A DNA stretch of 64,000 bases from Raillietiella orientalis (taxonomy: Eukaryota). A model generated the notes under the pieces. That model worked only from the letters and a program-made list of their open reading frames with translations. It was not told the origin of the DNA and did not search any database. Below, piece by piece: positions 1-9,358 of this stretch. Numbering within the stretch: position 1 is the first letter of the stretch; every line of letters begins with the position of its first letter. The translations under genes and the position numbers were made by a program. The stretch is from NCBI GenBank assembly GCA_036172245.1, contig JAYWIR010000058.1, forward strand, positions 558,001-622,000, read 5' to 3'.

Positions 1-2080
1 GAAAGGGAAAGACCTGCGAAGCGTTGAAGAATGCGGTTGGTACCGGGAAGGCAGGGCGACCAAGGGTGGCAGAACGGCGCGGCGGTTTTCTGGATGAAGA
101 CCGGATGAAGATGAGCGGGGTCTCCTGGATCCATAGACTGGAGAGGAAGGAGGGGGAGTTGTTTTGTCTCCCATTACCAACCCGAAGGTTTCGCGAGAGG
201 GAGTTCTCGTTGTCTCGTCCATAGGACGTGGGGGCGCTGCGCTCCTGGATGAGGGGGAGCGAAGTCAACAGAAACACCCGCCGTGGTGACTGTCCGTTGC
301 CGCACGTCCGGAAGCTAGCGAGAAGGAATCAGCACAAGAAGCGATGTAGAGATCACAATCTCTTCATCGCTTGGGTCTTCGGTCTTTCGCTTTCTGGTCC
401 TGCCGTGGTGAGGCAGGAGAATCAGTCTGAGTTCGGCGCGCGCCTCCACAAGGAACGGATTCTCTCCTCCCCGTAGCCGATTCCTTTTTTTTTCCCCCTT
501 TTCGTTTTTTCCTCTCCTAGTTCTCAGGGTAGTCGCATATGCAGCTTCTTCATCGCGTCCAGAGGCCAATTCGATCCGGGAAACCCGGATAGATTGTGTC
601 CGCGGCGAGGCACACTCAATTGGTCCTGACGAAACTCGCTTCGTAGCACTTCCGATGGGTATGCTCACCTCCGCACTCACCCGTCCGAAAGCACTTAGGA
701 TCCTTTCTCATCCCCAGGGAAAAAAGAGTTCCCTTTTGCCCTAGTGTCAGCTTCCCCCGACAGCAATCAATCCTTCGGTCGGGAAGCATCCGCGGCCCTG
801 AGAAGCGGTCGAACTTTGCCGCTCTTCCATGCGGAAGGAGGAGACGGCCTGCGGCAGAGAATGAACTGATGCCCTTTCTTCCGATTCGCGGACCTCTCGG
901 AGCTCCAACAGTCCGAAGCCGCTTGCTAAGGTCTGGGTTTCTGAGCCTTTGACCCCAGACCAGTAAGCAGACCGTTCCTGATCGACACGCAGCACTGATT
1001 CTTGAAGGACCATCGCAATGAACTCTAGGACCCTTTCACTGCTCACGGTGATGCCTTCCCTCAGTGACCAGGGGAGCTCTCTCTTCTAGAAACCCTTCTA
1101 TACCTTTGGAGAGGACTCGACCGAGGTCTCTGAGTTGGTGGAGACCTGGGAAACCCGGTCGCCGGCGTTTAGTGGGAGGAAGAAGAATTGGTTTCATCTC
1201 AGCACTGGTCGGAGGACTGAATAGAAAGAATCGCCTGAGGCAGCGAGGTCTTGAGGATGAGGAAGGGAGGGACTGTGCGGCGATCAACTGCTCTCCATCA
1301 GAGGAAGATGCAGAGAGTTCGTCGGCCATCCTCAGAAGCCCGCATCATCTCTTCATTCTCCGACCTCTCTGACCCGCACTCAGGGTGCATGGATCTCTGG
1401 AGCGGAACCTTGGAAGAAACCTAATCTCTCGCTATTTTTGAGGTGGCTGCTGATCGACCTTCTCCCGAAATCCGTTTTCCGAACCCATCCCGAAAATTCT
1501 TCAGGGAGAACCAGGAGGTCGCCTAAGAGCGTCAACGGTGAAAGTCAAAGAGCACAAGTCGATGTACGTCGCTTTTACGACTTGGTCACCTCGGTCACGG
1601 AACAGCAGCTTCAGACCCAGCAAGTTCTTGCCTTCTTACAAATTGGATCTCTTGCTCATCCTCGGTCTGTCTAGGAGTCCCTCTCAGGAAAAAAGGAAAT
1701 CCTCTTCCCCTAAGATTGCGTAGCATCCTGACTGGAGCAAACGCTCACTCTCTTGGAGAGCGATAGGCACTAACTCGAGTCCTCGCTCGTCATCTTGTTT
1801 CTTCCGAGCTTTTGGTTAGACAGCTCAACCGACTGGCATTGCTACCTCATCTAATGGTGAGGTGCAGCAGCTGGGTTTGTGAGAATCCAGTTGCGAGTCT
1901 CAAGGAACCGGCCCTCACTGCACTTCTTCCGGCACGGCCCCCGCTTCATGTGAGGAGAGGTTAGGGTCAGGAATGACCTGCTTCAGCGCACAGTCGGGAC
2001 GTGTCCAGCTCACTCGTAAGCGCTCGCCTCTCCAGACGCATCCGCTGCCGAAATCCCGACTCTGGAACGAGGCCAGAGTA
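1..2080 (-). mobile_element. Decayed non-LTR retrotransposon (L1/Tx1-like): APE endonuclease and start of RT, running off the left edge
   Basis: Minus-strand remnants in the expected order: 'AMVLQES...W..VKG...LIAVGG' (747-1046, APE LQE...GGDFN-like), 'SRIE' (about 570, SRID-like), 'YGRDNENS...FLSSLWIQE' (below 250, RT GR..DN / LD.EKAFD-like). Many stops and frameshifts. Confidence 0.45.
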
Positions 2081-2109
2081 ATGTTGCCACTCCTTCACTT
2101 CGGAACTTT

Positions 2110-3480
2110 CATTTAAAGAACAATAAACTTATAAAGGTAATGGTAGGACACTTACTCCTAGCACGCTAATCTACACAAGGAACCCGACAAGGTGCTGGTA
2201 ACAGACCAGCGAGCTCGCCTTGGCCGCAGAGGAGAGGGGAGCAAACGAAAAAACAAAAATAATAAAATAATAATTAAATAAAAATGAATATGAAAACAAA
2301 GTGGAGGGTACAGAACGGGGTCACAATCTGCTTGGAGGTGTCCTCTGCATCCTTTCTAGGATCCAACAAGTTCCATTTGCATGCTACACAGGTGGTACTA
2401 TCTGGCCTGCTATCCGCAGAAAGCGAATAACGAATTGGATGGTGTCCCTTCCTCCTTGTGCTCTATCGGCTTCGCTCCAGGACACCACAATCCTGCGGAT
2501 GCAGCAAAGAGATGCTAAGTGAGATGCAGGGCTGCAGGACATCTCGCACGAAGAGGAGTTTAAAAACGTCCCTAGGGTTGCCAACCGGGATGCTTAGGGT
2601 CGAAGTGAAACGTTCTTATAGGGGCAGGAGAATAACACAGTCCACAAGCAGACTCAGGAGTGATTCTCTTTCTCCGCACTTGCAACAGTTCGGGTTCAAC
2701 CTCCCAGATGTCGGCATGCTTTGCATGGGAAGCATCAGTAGAACATCAAGCATGCCGACTCCGTGGCCACTTGAGGGGGAGAGTGCGGCTGTCCAAGAAC
2801 ACTGGGGTACACATGAGATCTTTACGAAGAATTCCCAGCAGCTCACTCCAGAGGAGAAGTCCATGTGGTAGGCAACTTAAGGTTGCAGCGTTAGTCAGCC
2901 GAGGTCCAACCACTTAGTTCTTTCTTTTTGCCTGCGCTTTCGAGAGACTTTCCACCTCGCCGATAAGCTACTGCTTCTTAGCAAGGTGAGAGCGGGCGTT
3001 TCCCTTAGGGAGGCGTTCAGTCCACGTGCTCATGCTGAGACTTCATCATCCGCAGCGAGCAGTGAGTGTAATTTGAAAATCGCAGGCAATTCGAACTCTT
3101 CGATCTCGGCTCGTTCATATTCGCCCACGCGCCAACTGTTTCCTGTAACCACGGGCTACAGTTGGCGGGGCTGCAGGACATTTAATTGTGTGTTCTCGCC
3201 AGAGTACCAAACCTACCGATTATAATTACGCAGTCAGTTACTTTTCGGAAGCGGTACATCAGGAAGGAAGAGAGACCTTCCCTTATGGCTACACGGATGA
3301 CGAGAAGACGTGGAACACACCGATGGGTGCTCCAGTACTTCGCCGCGAGGACTAGAGTTCTCCGTTGGAGCTGCTGCATCATTTGCTCCATTGTGAAGAG
3401 GTCAAGCACTCCGTCCCGAAGTGAAGCACAGAAGTCTTCCAAACGAACTCGAAGATGCTTCCCAGTGCCCTAAAGATTTG
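2110..3480 (-). mobile_element. Decayed LINE 3' half with zinc-knuckle remnant and T-rich 3' UTR
   Basis: 'NPNCCKCGERESLLSLLVDC' (2616-2864 ORF) matches the CxxC...E..xHLLxxC zf-RVT motif. T-rich tail on the minus strand at 2110-2300. Colinear with 20975-22050 (3121-3150 vs 22009-22038 is 26/30 identical). Confidence 0.65.
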
Positions 3481-3838
3481 GGATTTTTGGATCGCCCACG
3501 GTGGACGCTCCCCTTCCAGACAACCTGCCCTCTGTGACCAGGGAAACTCGAAAGCCCTTCTGCCCCTTTGGGGAGAATCCGACTGAGGTCTTCAAGCAGG
3601 CGGAGACCGGGGTTACCGTAGTCAAGTGGGATTCCATCCCGGCACTGTAGGTTCCCGCAGTCCTTCCAAGGCATGCCGACCCTGAACACTGCCAAAGAAC
3701 CAAAGAAGCAGGAAAGGCACTGGTGCCTTCCGCCGTGGTCTACCAGGAACGCTCAAGCCCGTGGGGCAAGGAGACTGCAGCGCAAGCAGCAGTGGCCAGT
3801 TCAGCACGTGGCTGTTTGTCACCCGGGTGCGGCGGGCG

Positions 3839-4400
3839 TTTATTCCTAAACTATCCAGGAACAGAGTTCCCGGATAAAGGACACAGAAGAAACGAAGGGG
3901 GGGGATCCCCTACACGCAGGTCGGTATACCGAAAGTCCGGAACGGGAGGGGGGGGACCACAAAAATACATATAAAAAATATAAATAAAGATATGGGGGGG
4001 GGTAGGGGGGGTCTTTGGATTGGCTGTTCCTTTCCTTCAGAACCGGCTATGGATGCCGGTGATCTCGCTCCTAACGTCTTCCGAAAGATGGGTCCACTCG
4101 GCAGCCGACGCCATGTTCGCGCCGGCTAATCCGGTGGCCTGACGACAAATCACCAGCTTCTCCAGCTCACGGTGGGCCTTGTCGATGGCGCGGGTGCAAC
4201 AGACCGTTGCGATGACAGCACCTAACGACAGGCCACCTGGCGTGAAGAAGCGGCGCATCAAGTCTCTTGAGGTGTCCCCCTGGTGCTGGAGAGCTGAGGC
4301 CAGCCTCCGCCACAGTCCTTGGAGGACACCGCAGTCCAGGAGCAGGTGGGGGAGCGTTTCCACTTACCCATACCGTTTACAGTTCAGCACGTGGCTGTCG
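3839..4400 (-). mobile_element. LINE 3' terminal fragment (zinc knuckle, C-terminus, 3' UTR with AATAAA)
   Basis: 'ETLPHLLLDC...DLMRRFFTPGGL...CTRAI...SEITGIH' aligns with the plus-strand copy at 23023-23340. C-rich/T-rich UTR with minus-strand AATAAA at 3839-3844. Confidence 0.65.
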
Positions 4401-5826
4401 TGCTATAAGTTTGGCAGCAAAACTACAGCAGCTTCTTGATCGTCCTGTTAGCACCGAAACCGGCGGTCCAGAAACTGAATGTTTTGCAACACTCCGTTGA
4501 GCATTGCGTCTAGCCAAAAGTTAAAAACCGTTCAGCTTAACACTTTTCGAAGCTCGCTCGGGAATGTTCGGTGCATCACCGCCTCGCATTCGAACGAGTC
4601 GGAGTCCAAATGTCGACACGGTCAATCTGAATGACCCGTATTCTCCAGCGACATGAATGCCCCGAGAACAGAGTTGAGACATGAAGAACCGCATCTTTGC
4701 TCTCGACCACTGCCGAAACCGTGGCAACAGTCCGTTCCGTTCCGTTTCGTTCTTTTCTCATGTCCAAATGCTAGATTATGAGGGACCCTCCGTATTCTTT
4801 CTAGTCCTTCGATGAAGTCCCCCAGGGTGTAGCGCGGTTTACCAGGAACGCTCTTCCCGATCTTTGGACAAAGAATGGTTCGAGAGTCCATTTTTCGAAA
4901 GTTGCGGGTCAACAACGTCCTTTGACGTTTTCTTGTGTCTGTTTTGGAAAAGACTCGCCTGTTTGCGAGTCTTTTCCCGTTTGCTCCTCCCCTCCTTGCC
5001 GTCCCTCTGCCGCATACTCTCGTTCACTCGCCTCGAAGAGTAGCCATCCATGTTCGGAGAAGACGGCACGCCACACGTGCCTTACAGTTTGCCATATGGC
5101 AGGACTCCCACTATCCCTGCGGGTCCCATGCTTGAACCGAACCTTGGAGAGCCTGGCCTACACCTAGAATTGCGAATAGAGCAGTTAGCACCATCCGGAG
5201 GCTTCTCTTGATCTGCAAAGAACGAAGGGAAGAACATGGAAACTCACGGAAAGAAGTTCGTGGCAATATAGAACCGGTAGGAAAGCGTTTTTATTTCTTA
5301 AAATAAACCAGCAAACCACAGGAGGGGTGTTGACATTAAAACGGCCTTTAAAACGAAGGATGCATGGAGTACGTCAAACATTCCTCGGAGGATCACCACT
5401 TCCAAAGTCCGAAATGTCCTCCTCCTCCCAAGAAAGTTTTTACTTGCTTCCCTTGGTATTTTCCGTTTCTGACCAAAGGGAAGAAGCATCAACGACCGAG
5501 CATGACCTCTTGGCTCCAGGCCACAGGAGTATGCACTTTATGCATACGTGACAATGGTGTGAATAGGAAACACAAGAACAATTTTGGGGAAGTCCCTTCC
5601 TTGTTCAAACGAACGAAGTAGGCAGCTACTTGGTTGAATAGTGATATTCGAATGAACAGCCGGCCAATGAAATAATACAGTATGTAAGTCCAATTTGTGA
5701 GGTTTCATTACATATCCCAACATGCAATGTAATAATTAAATGAGTGCCTCATTTAACAATGACATCACTTTTCCAATTCACCGAAGACAGCTGCTTTCTA
5801 CGAGAAATGCATGCACCAAAAAGCCT

Positions 5827-7309
5827 TTAGGATGGTTTGCACATTAACTTTTCCATGTTCATGCAAGAAAAGCTTTTGGCTTTAACAGTTGCATTCTTTG
5901 GAGTTACCAGTTTCTTTTTCTGACGTTCTGGTGGGAGCATGTGAGTGAAACCAATGGACAGCACACCTCTTGCTTACCAGTGAGCTGATGCTCGGTAAGG
6001 TATTCACAGCTGATGTCAGAGTTACTTTCACAATGCAAGTCCCTCAAATAAGGCAGCACAGTCATTGAGCATAGTGGGTCCTCAGTCTGTTTGTACACAG
6101 GGATGTATTCACTTGTGGGTATATGTTTCTTACGCACCCAACTGAAAACACACAATACAAACAGCAGTATAAAAACTCAACAACTGTAGGACTGACTCGT
6201 GCTTGTGAATCTGCTGCAAAGAAAAGCGGGCTGCAGGATCTTTGTTGAGCATCCCTTCAAGCAAAGTTTTCAGCATGTGATCCACCACATTTGAGACTAT
6301 CACTGGCTCATTGATAATGTTTTCGTACAACTTGTAAATGTTGTTCCCCTCAAAAGGGTATTGGCCCGTTGTGATATTATAGCTGCAGCAAGAAAGGAGT
6401 TCAAAAGTCATGTGTTAGTACCTTACAGTGTGACACCACTTCCCCAAACGTCAATTTTGAAGCCTGAAACACGTTCTGCACCATTTATTACTTCTGGTGG
6501 TTGAAAGGCTGGAGTTCCTTGTCCTACAAATTCTATAAAGTCATGCTTAGCAAAAACTTCCAATGCTTCGGCGATGCCAAAATCGGAAATCTTCAGGGTT
6601 CCATCATTAGATAGTAAAAGGTTTCCTGGTTTGATGTCTCTGTGGATGATACCATGACTATGGAGGTACTCGAGACCATCCAACAATTGCAAAAAATATC
6701 TAGAAAGAAAGGAATACCGCTTGTAACATGCAGTTAAATCTTCCTCATATGAAAGAAACAAGATAAAATGGATGAAGCGTACCCATGAGCCTGCCAAAGT
6801 GGGAATTTCTTTGCTTTTGACTTTTCCAACATCTCTTGCAAACCATTCACACAATATTCCATAATCAGATACATTTTTTGCTTTTCTGCAATATGGAAGA
6901 CATCAAACAGCTGGATAACATTGCGATGATGAAGATGCCTTAATAAATTAATTTCTCTACACAGTACAATGTAACTTGCTTCCAGATGCTTGTTTACAAA
7001 CCTCTGAACATGCTGCTCTCCATTTGGAATCTTCCTAAGCTTTTTCCACTTCAAAATTTTAACAGCACGCCGTACCAAAGTTTCACCATCCAATACTTCT
7101 TTTACTTTACCATAGCTGCCTTCTCCCAGCACATCACCCATTATGTACTTTCCACTAAGAATCTTGTATCTCTTTTTTTTCTGCTGATAGATAATTTCAC
7201 TGGAATCCACATGATGGAAAAACACAAGAGGTTCATGATCATCATCTTTTTCTTCTTTTACACACAGATCATTGAAATTTGATATATTATCATGCTGTGC
7301 AGCATCCAT
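5827..7309 (-). CDS. STK11: Serine/threonine kinase STK11/LKB1, about 401 aa, 6 exons
   Basis: Exons 7309-7002, 6956-6783, 6699-6427, 6382-6197, 6141-5978, 5927-5827 (1206 nt, all introns GT-AG). Contains [74 protein letters not shown] and a C-terminal CaaX box CKPS*, typical of LKB1. Confidence 0.96.
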
Positions 7310-7336
7310 TTATAGATAATGGCACACCACATCCAT
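7310..7336 (-). promoter_or_regulatory. 8-codon uORF (MDVVCHYL*) whose TAA directly abuts the STK11 ATG, preceded by a candidate 3' splice site (ttgttccag, AG at 7338-7337)
   Basis: Minus strand reads ...gacttgttccag ATG GAT GTG GTG TGC CAT TAT CTA TAA ATG GAT GCT... Confidence 0.5.
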
Positions 7337-7641
7337 CTGGAACAAGTCATCAGTCAACATAAGATGGCAACTAGAAACTATACAAAGTTGACACAACTGT
7401 ATGATCCAGATGATAGGGTATTGGACCCAGAAGGCCAGTTAATTCTAAACAATATATGCCACTGTTTAATGAAGATGTACACTTATACACGCATACAGAT
7501 TTCCCCCAAAACTCAATGCCATGCTATGCCAACAATGCCTTTTGCATGCTTTCCCCCAAAACCCAGATTAAGGATGCAGAACTTGAATATCATCCTCACA
7601 GATGTGCCTCTAATCAGATAATCTCATAATCAGAACAAAAC

Positions 7642-7657
7642 AAGTCCTGCAGGACTT
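7642..7657. repeat. Perfect 16-bp palindrome AAGTCCTGCAGGACTT
   Basis: Self-reverse-complementary. Lies about 35 nt downstream of the HTD2 stop codon. Confidence 0.9.
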
Positions 7658-7691
7658 CAAAATGCATCTACAGGCATCATTTCCAATCATT

Positions 7692-8144
7692 TTATTGCTT
7701 GTTTTCACGAGACATAGTTTTCAGAAGCACCCTGGCATTCCCTTTCAGTACACATTTCTGCTTATTCACTACACACTCATAGTAAAGATAACAAATTTTT
7801 CTTTTAGTCTGCACTTCCACATGGATGTTGACAGATTCTCCCAGATACAAAGGACTGCAGAATTTCAGCTCCTGAGATAAGAGAACACTGCCCCCAAGTT
7901 TGGTGCCAATTAGTCCACAGACAAAGCCATTCAAAAAAGCACCTGGAACAATCTCAGTAGGAAAACCAAGTTGCTGGGCAGCAAACAAGTTCGCATGGAT
8001 AGGATTCTGGTCTCCACATAAGCCAGTAAATTTCAGCACCTGATCTCTGCTGATCACCAATTCAGACTCAAACACTTGATGGGCATAGTTTCTAATAAAA
8101 TGTACAGGAAACCAAACCAGGGGTGAATATGGAAAACTCCTCAT
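7692..8144 (-). CDS. HTD2: MaoC/hot-dog fold hydroxyacyl-thioester dehydratase (mitochondrial FAS II), 150 aa, intronless
   Basis: Hydratase-2 motif FTGLCGDQNPIH (catalytic D/H), then IVPGAFLNGFVCGLIGTKLGGSVLLSQELKFCSPLYLGE, closely resembling HTD2. First ATG is at 8144 (the ORF-track start at 8183 is TTG). The N-terminus MRSFPYSPLVWFPVHFIRNYA has no acidic residues and an R-3-like site, consistent with a mitochondrial presequence. Confidence 0.88.
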   Translation of the reverse strand: MRSFPYSPLVWFPVHFIRNYAHQVFESELVISRDQVLKFTGLCGDQNPIHANLFAAQQLGFPTEIVPGAFLNGFVCGLIGTKLGGSVLLSQELKFCSPLYLGESVNIHVEVQTKRKICYLYYECVVNKQKCVLKGNARVLLKTMSRENKQ

Positions 8145-8164
8145 CCCTTCACTATTGAGCTTTT

Positions 8165-9273
8165 TTATTTCTTTTGCATACAATTATAATAAATGGTGGC
8201 CAAATTCCTGACTCTTACATTGGAATTATGAAGCAATCTTTCAGAGATTGAATTTAGAAATGAACAACTTGTTTCTGATAAACTGTCCTTATGGGAAAGA
8301 TAAATCAATGTTGTCAGGGTAGAAATGATAATTTCATCATCAGGAATGTTCAGGCAATTCACTATTTTATCAATTCCATGCTGTTCAATAATTATCTGAT
8401 TTTGAGGATCTGAAAAGACTATTCTAAAACTGGCAAGGCAATGAAAATTTTTTGAAAAATAGATAGTATTCATCTTTATATACTTATCAGAGACTATGGA
8501 TTAGCAACTCTTACATTAAAAATACTCTGTTTGATTACCTAGACAGGAATTGCATATACCACCAATAGCAAATTCCACTAATTTTGCATCTGTTGATTCC
8601 AGTTCATTAAACAGCACATCAAATATGTTCAGGCTTCTAAGATGATCATAATTTATGGGATCATACAAAAAGTTTGAAAGATTTGCTAATACTTGATGTT
8701 TGGCATCTAAAAAAAAAAAAACACGTACTGGTTTATAGCAGTAATTACGTCAGCATTTTGCATCACATCTTACACTCTGGGATCTATGATATACTATTCT
8801 CATTTCATTTAAAATATACATATGTGATATATGCTTTGCACTGTAAATTTTACATAGGTAATGCTTAACGGTTTGAATTACGAAGGAAACATTTCATTTC
8901 CTATGTCTCCACTGTGAGAAAAATTAGACTCAGGCTGAACGTAAAAATTTCCATTATGATTTATTCATATGATCAAATACAGCATTTAAAAAAATTTGGA
9001 TCCCACTCTCACAGCTTTTGACATGAATAACAAACGCTGACAATCTTCCGCGATTATCTTATGAATGTATTACATGTATTACATAAACTAACTATATTTG
9101 TTTCATAACTGATATTTGCAATCCTCATGCATGCAAAAACTGAAAGCACATTACATACGATTACCAGTAGAATTTGTGGTTTTGAATTCATTCACCAATT
9201 CTCGAAGGTATTCTATCCTACTTAGATCGGTTTCCTTGGTTCTTTTAGCTACTCTACTAGCGCTGGAAAACAT
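8165..9273 (-). CDS. ARMC7: Armadillo repeat-containing protein 7, about 173 aa, 3 coding exons
   Basis: Exons 9273-9165, 8706-8539, 8409-8165 (522 nt, GT-AG, both introns phase 1). Spliced protein MFSSASRVAKRT...RIEYLRELVNEF...DAKHQVLANLSNFLYDPINYDHLRSL...LVEFAIGGICNSCLDPQN...STLTTLIYL...VRNLATIY matches the ARMC7 signature. Confidence 0.93.
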
Positions 9274-9291
9274 GCTAGAAACGAATTGCTC

Positions 9292-9358
9292 CTGTAAAGT
9301 TTATTCCAAAAAACTCAGTTGGTTTAAATATGAGCAGCAACCGAAAAATTAGGCTTAC
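9292..9358 (-). other. Putative 67-nt 5' UTR intron of ARMC7
   Basis: Donor GTAAGC at 9358 and acceptor actttacag ending at 9292, 18 nt upstream of the ARMC7 ATG. Confidence 0.55.

Noticed and set aside
4400..5300. CpG-rich non-LINE stretch with short ORFs
   Set aside because: No assignable product or motif. It may be regulatory but there is no support.
5736..5756. 9-bp hairpin in the STK11 3' UTR resembling an iron-responsive element
   Set aside because: The GAGTGC loop-like sequence is on the antisense strand and lacks the CAGUGN consensus and C bulge.
7319..7621. 100-aa plus-strand ORF in the HTD2-STK11 spacer
   Set aside because: No recognisable homology and antisense to the transcription unit, so probably chance.
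8144..8186. ARMC7-HTD2 fusion by -1 ribosomal frameshift (the HTD2 frame is open across the last ARMC7 codons)
   Set aside because: No X XXY YYZ slippery site in the ARMC7 frame before its stop, and HTD2 has its own ATG and presequence-like N-terminus that a fusion would bury.
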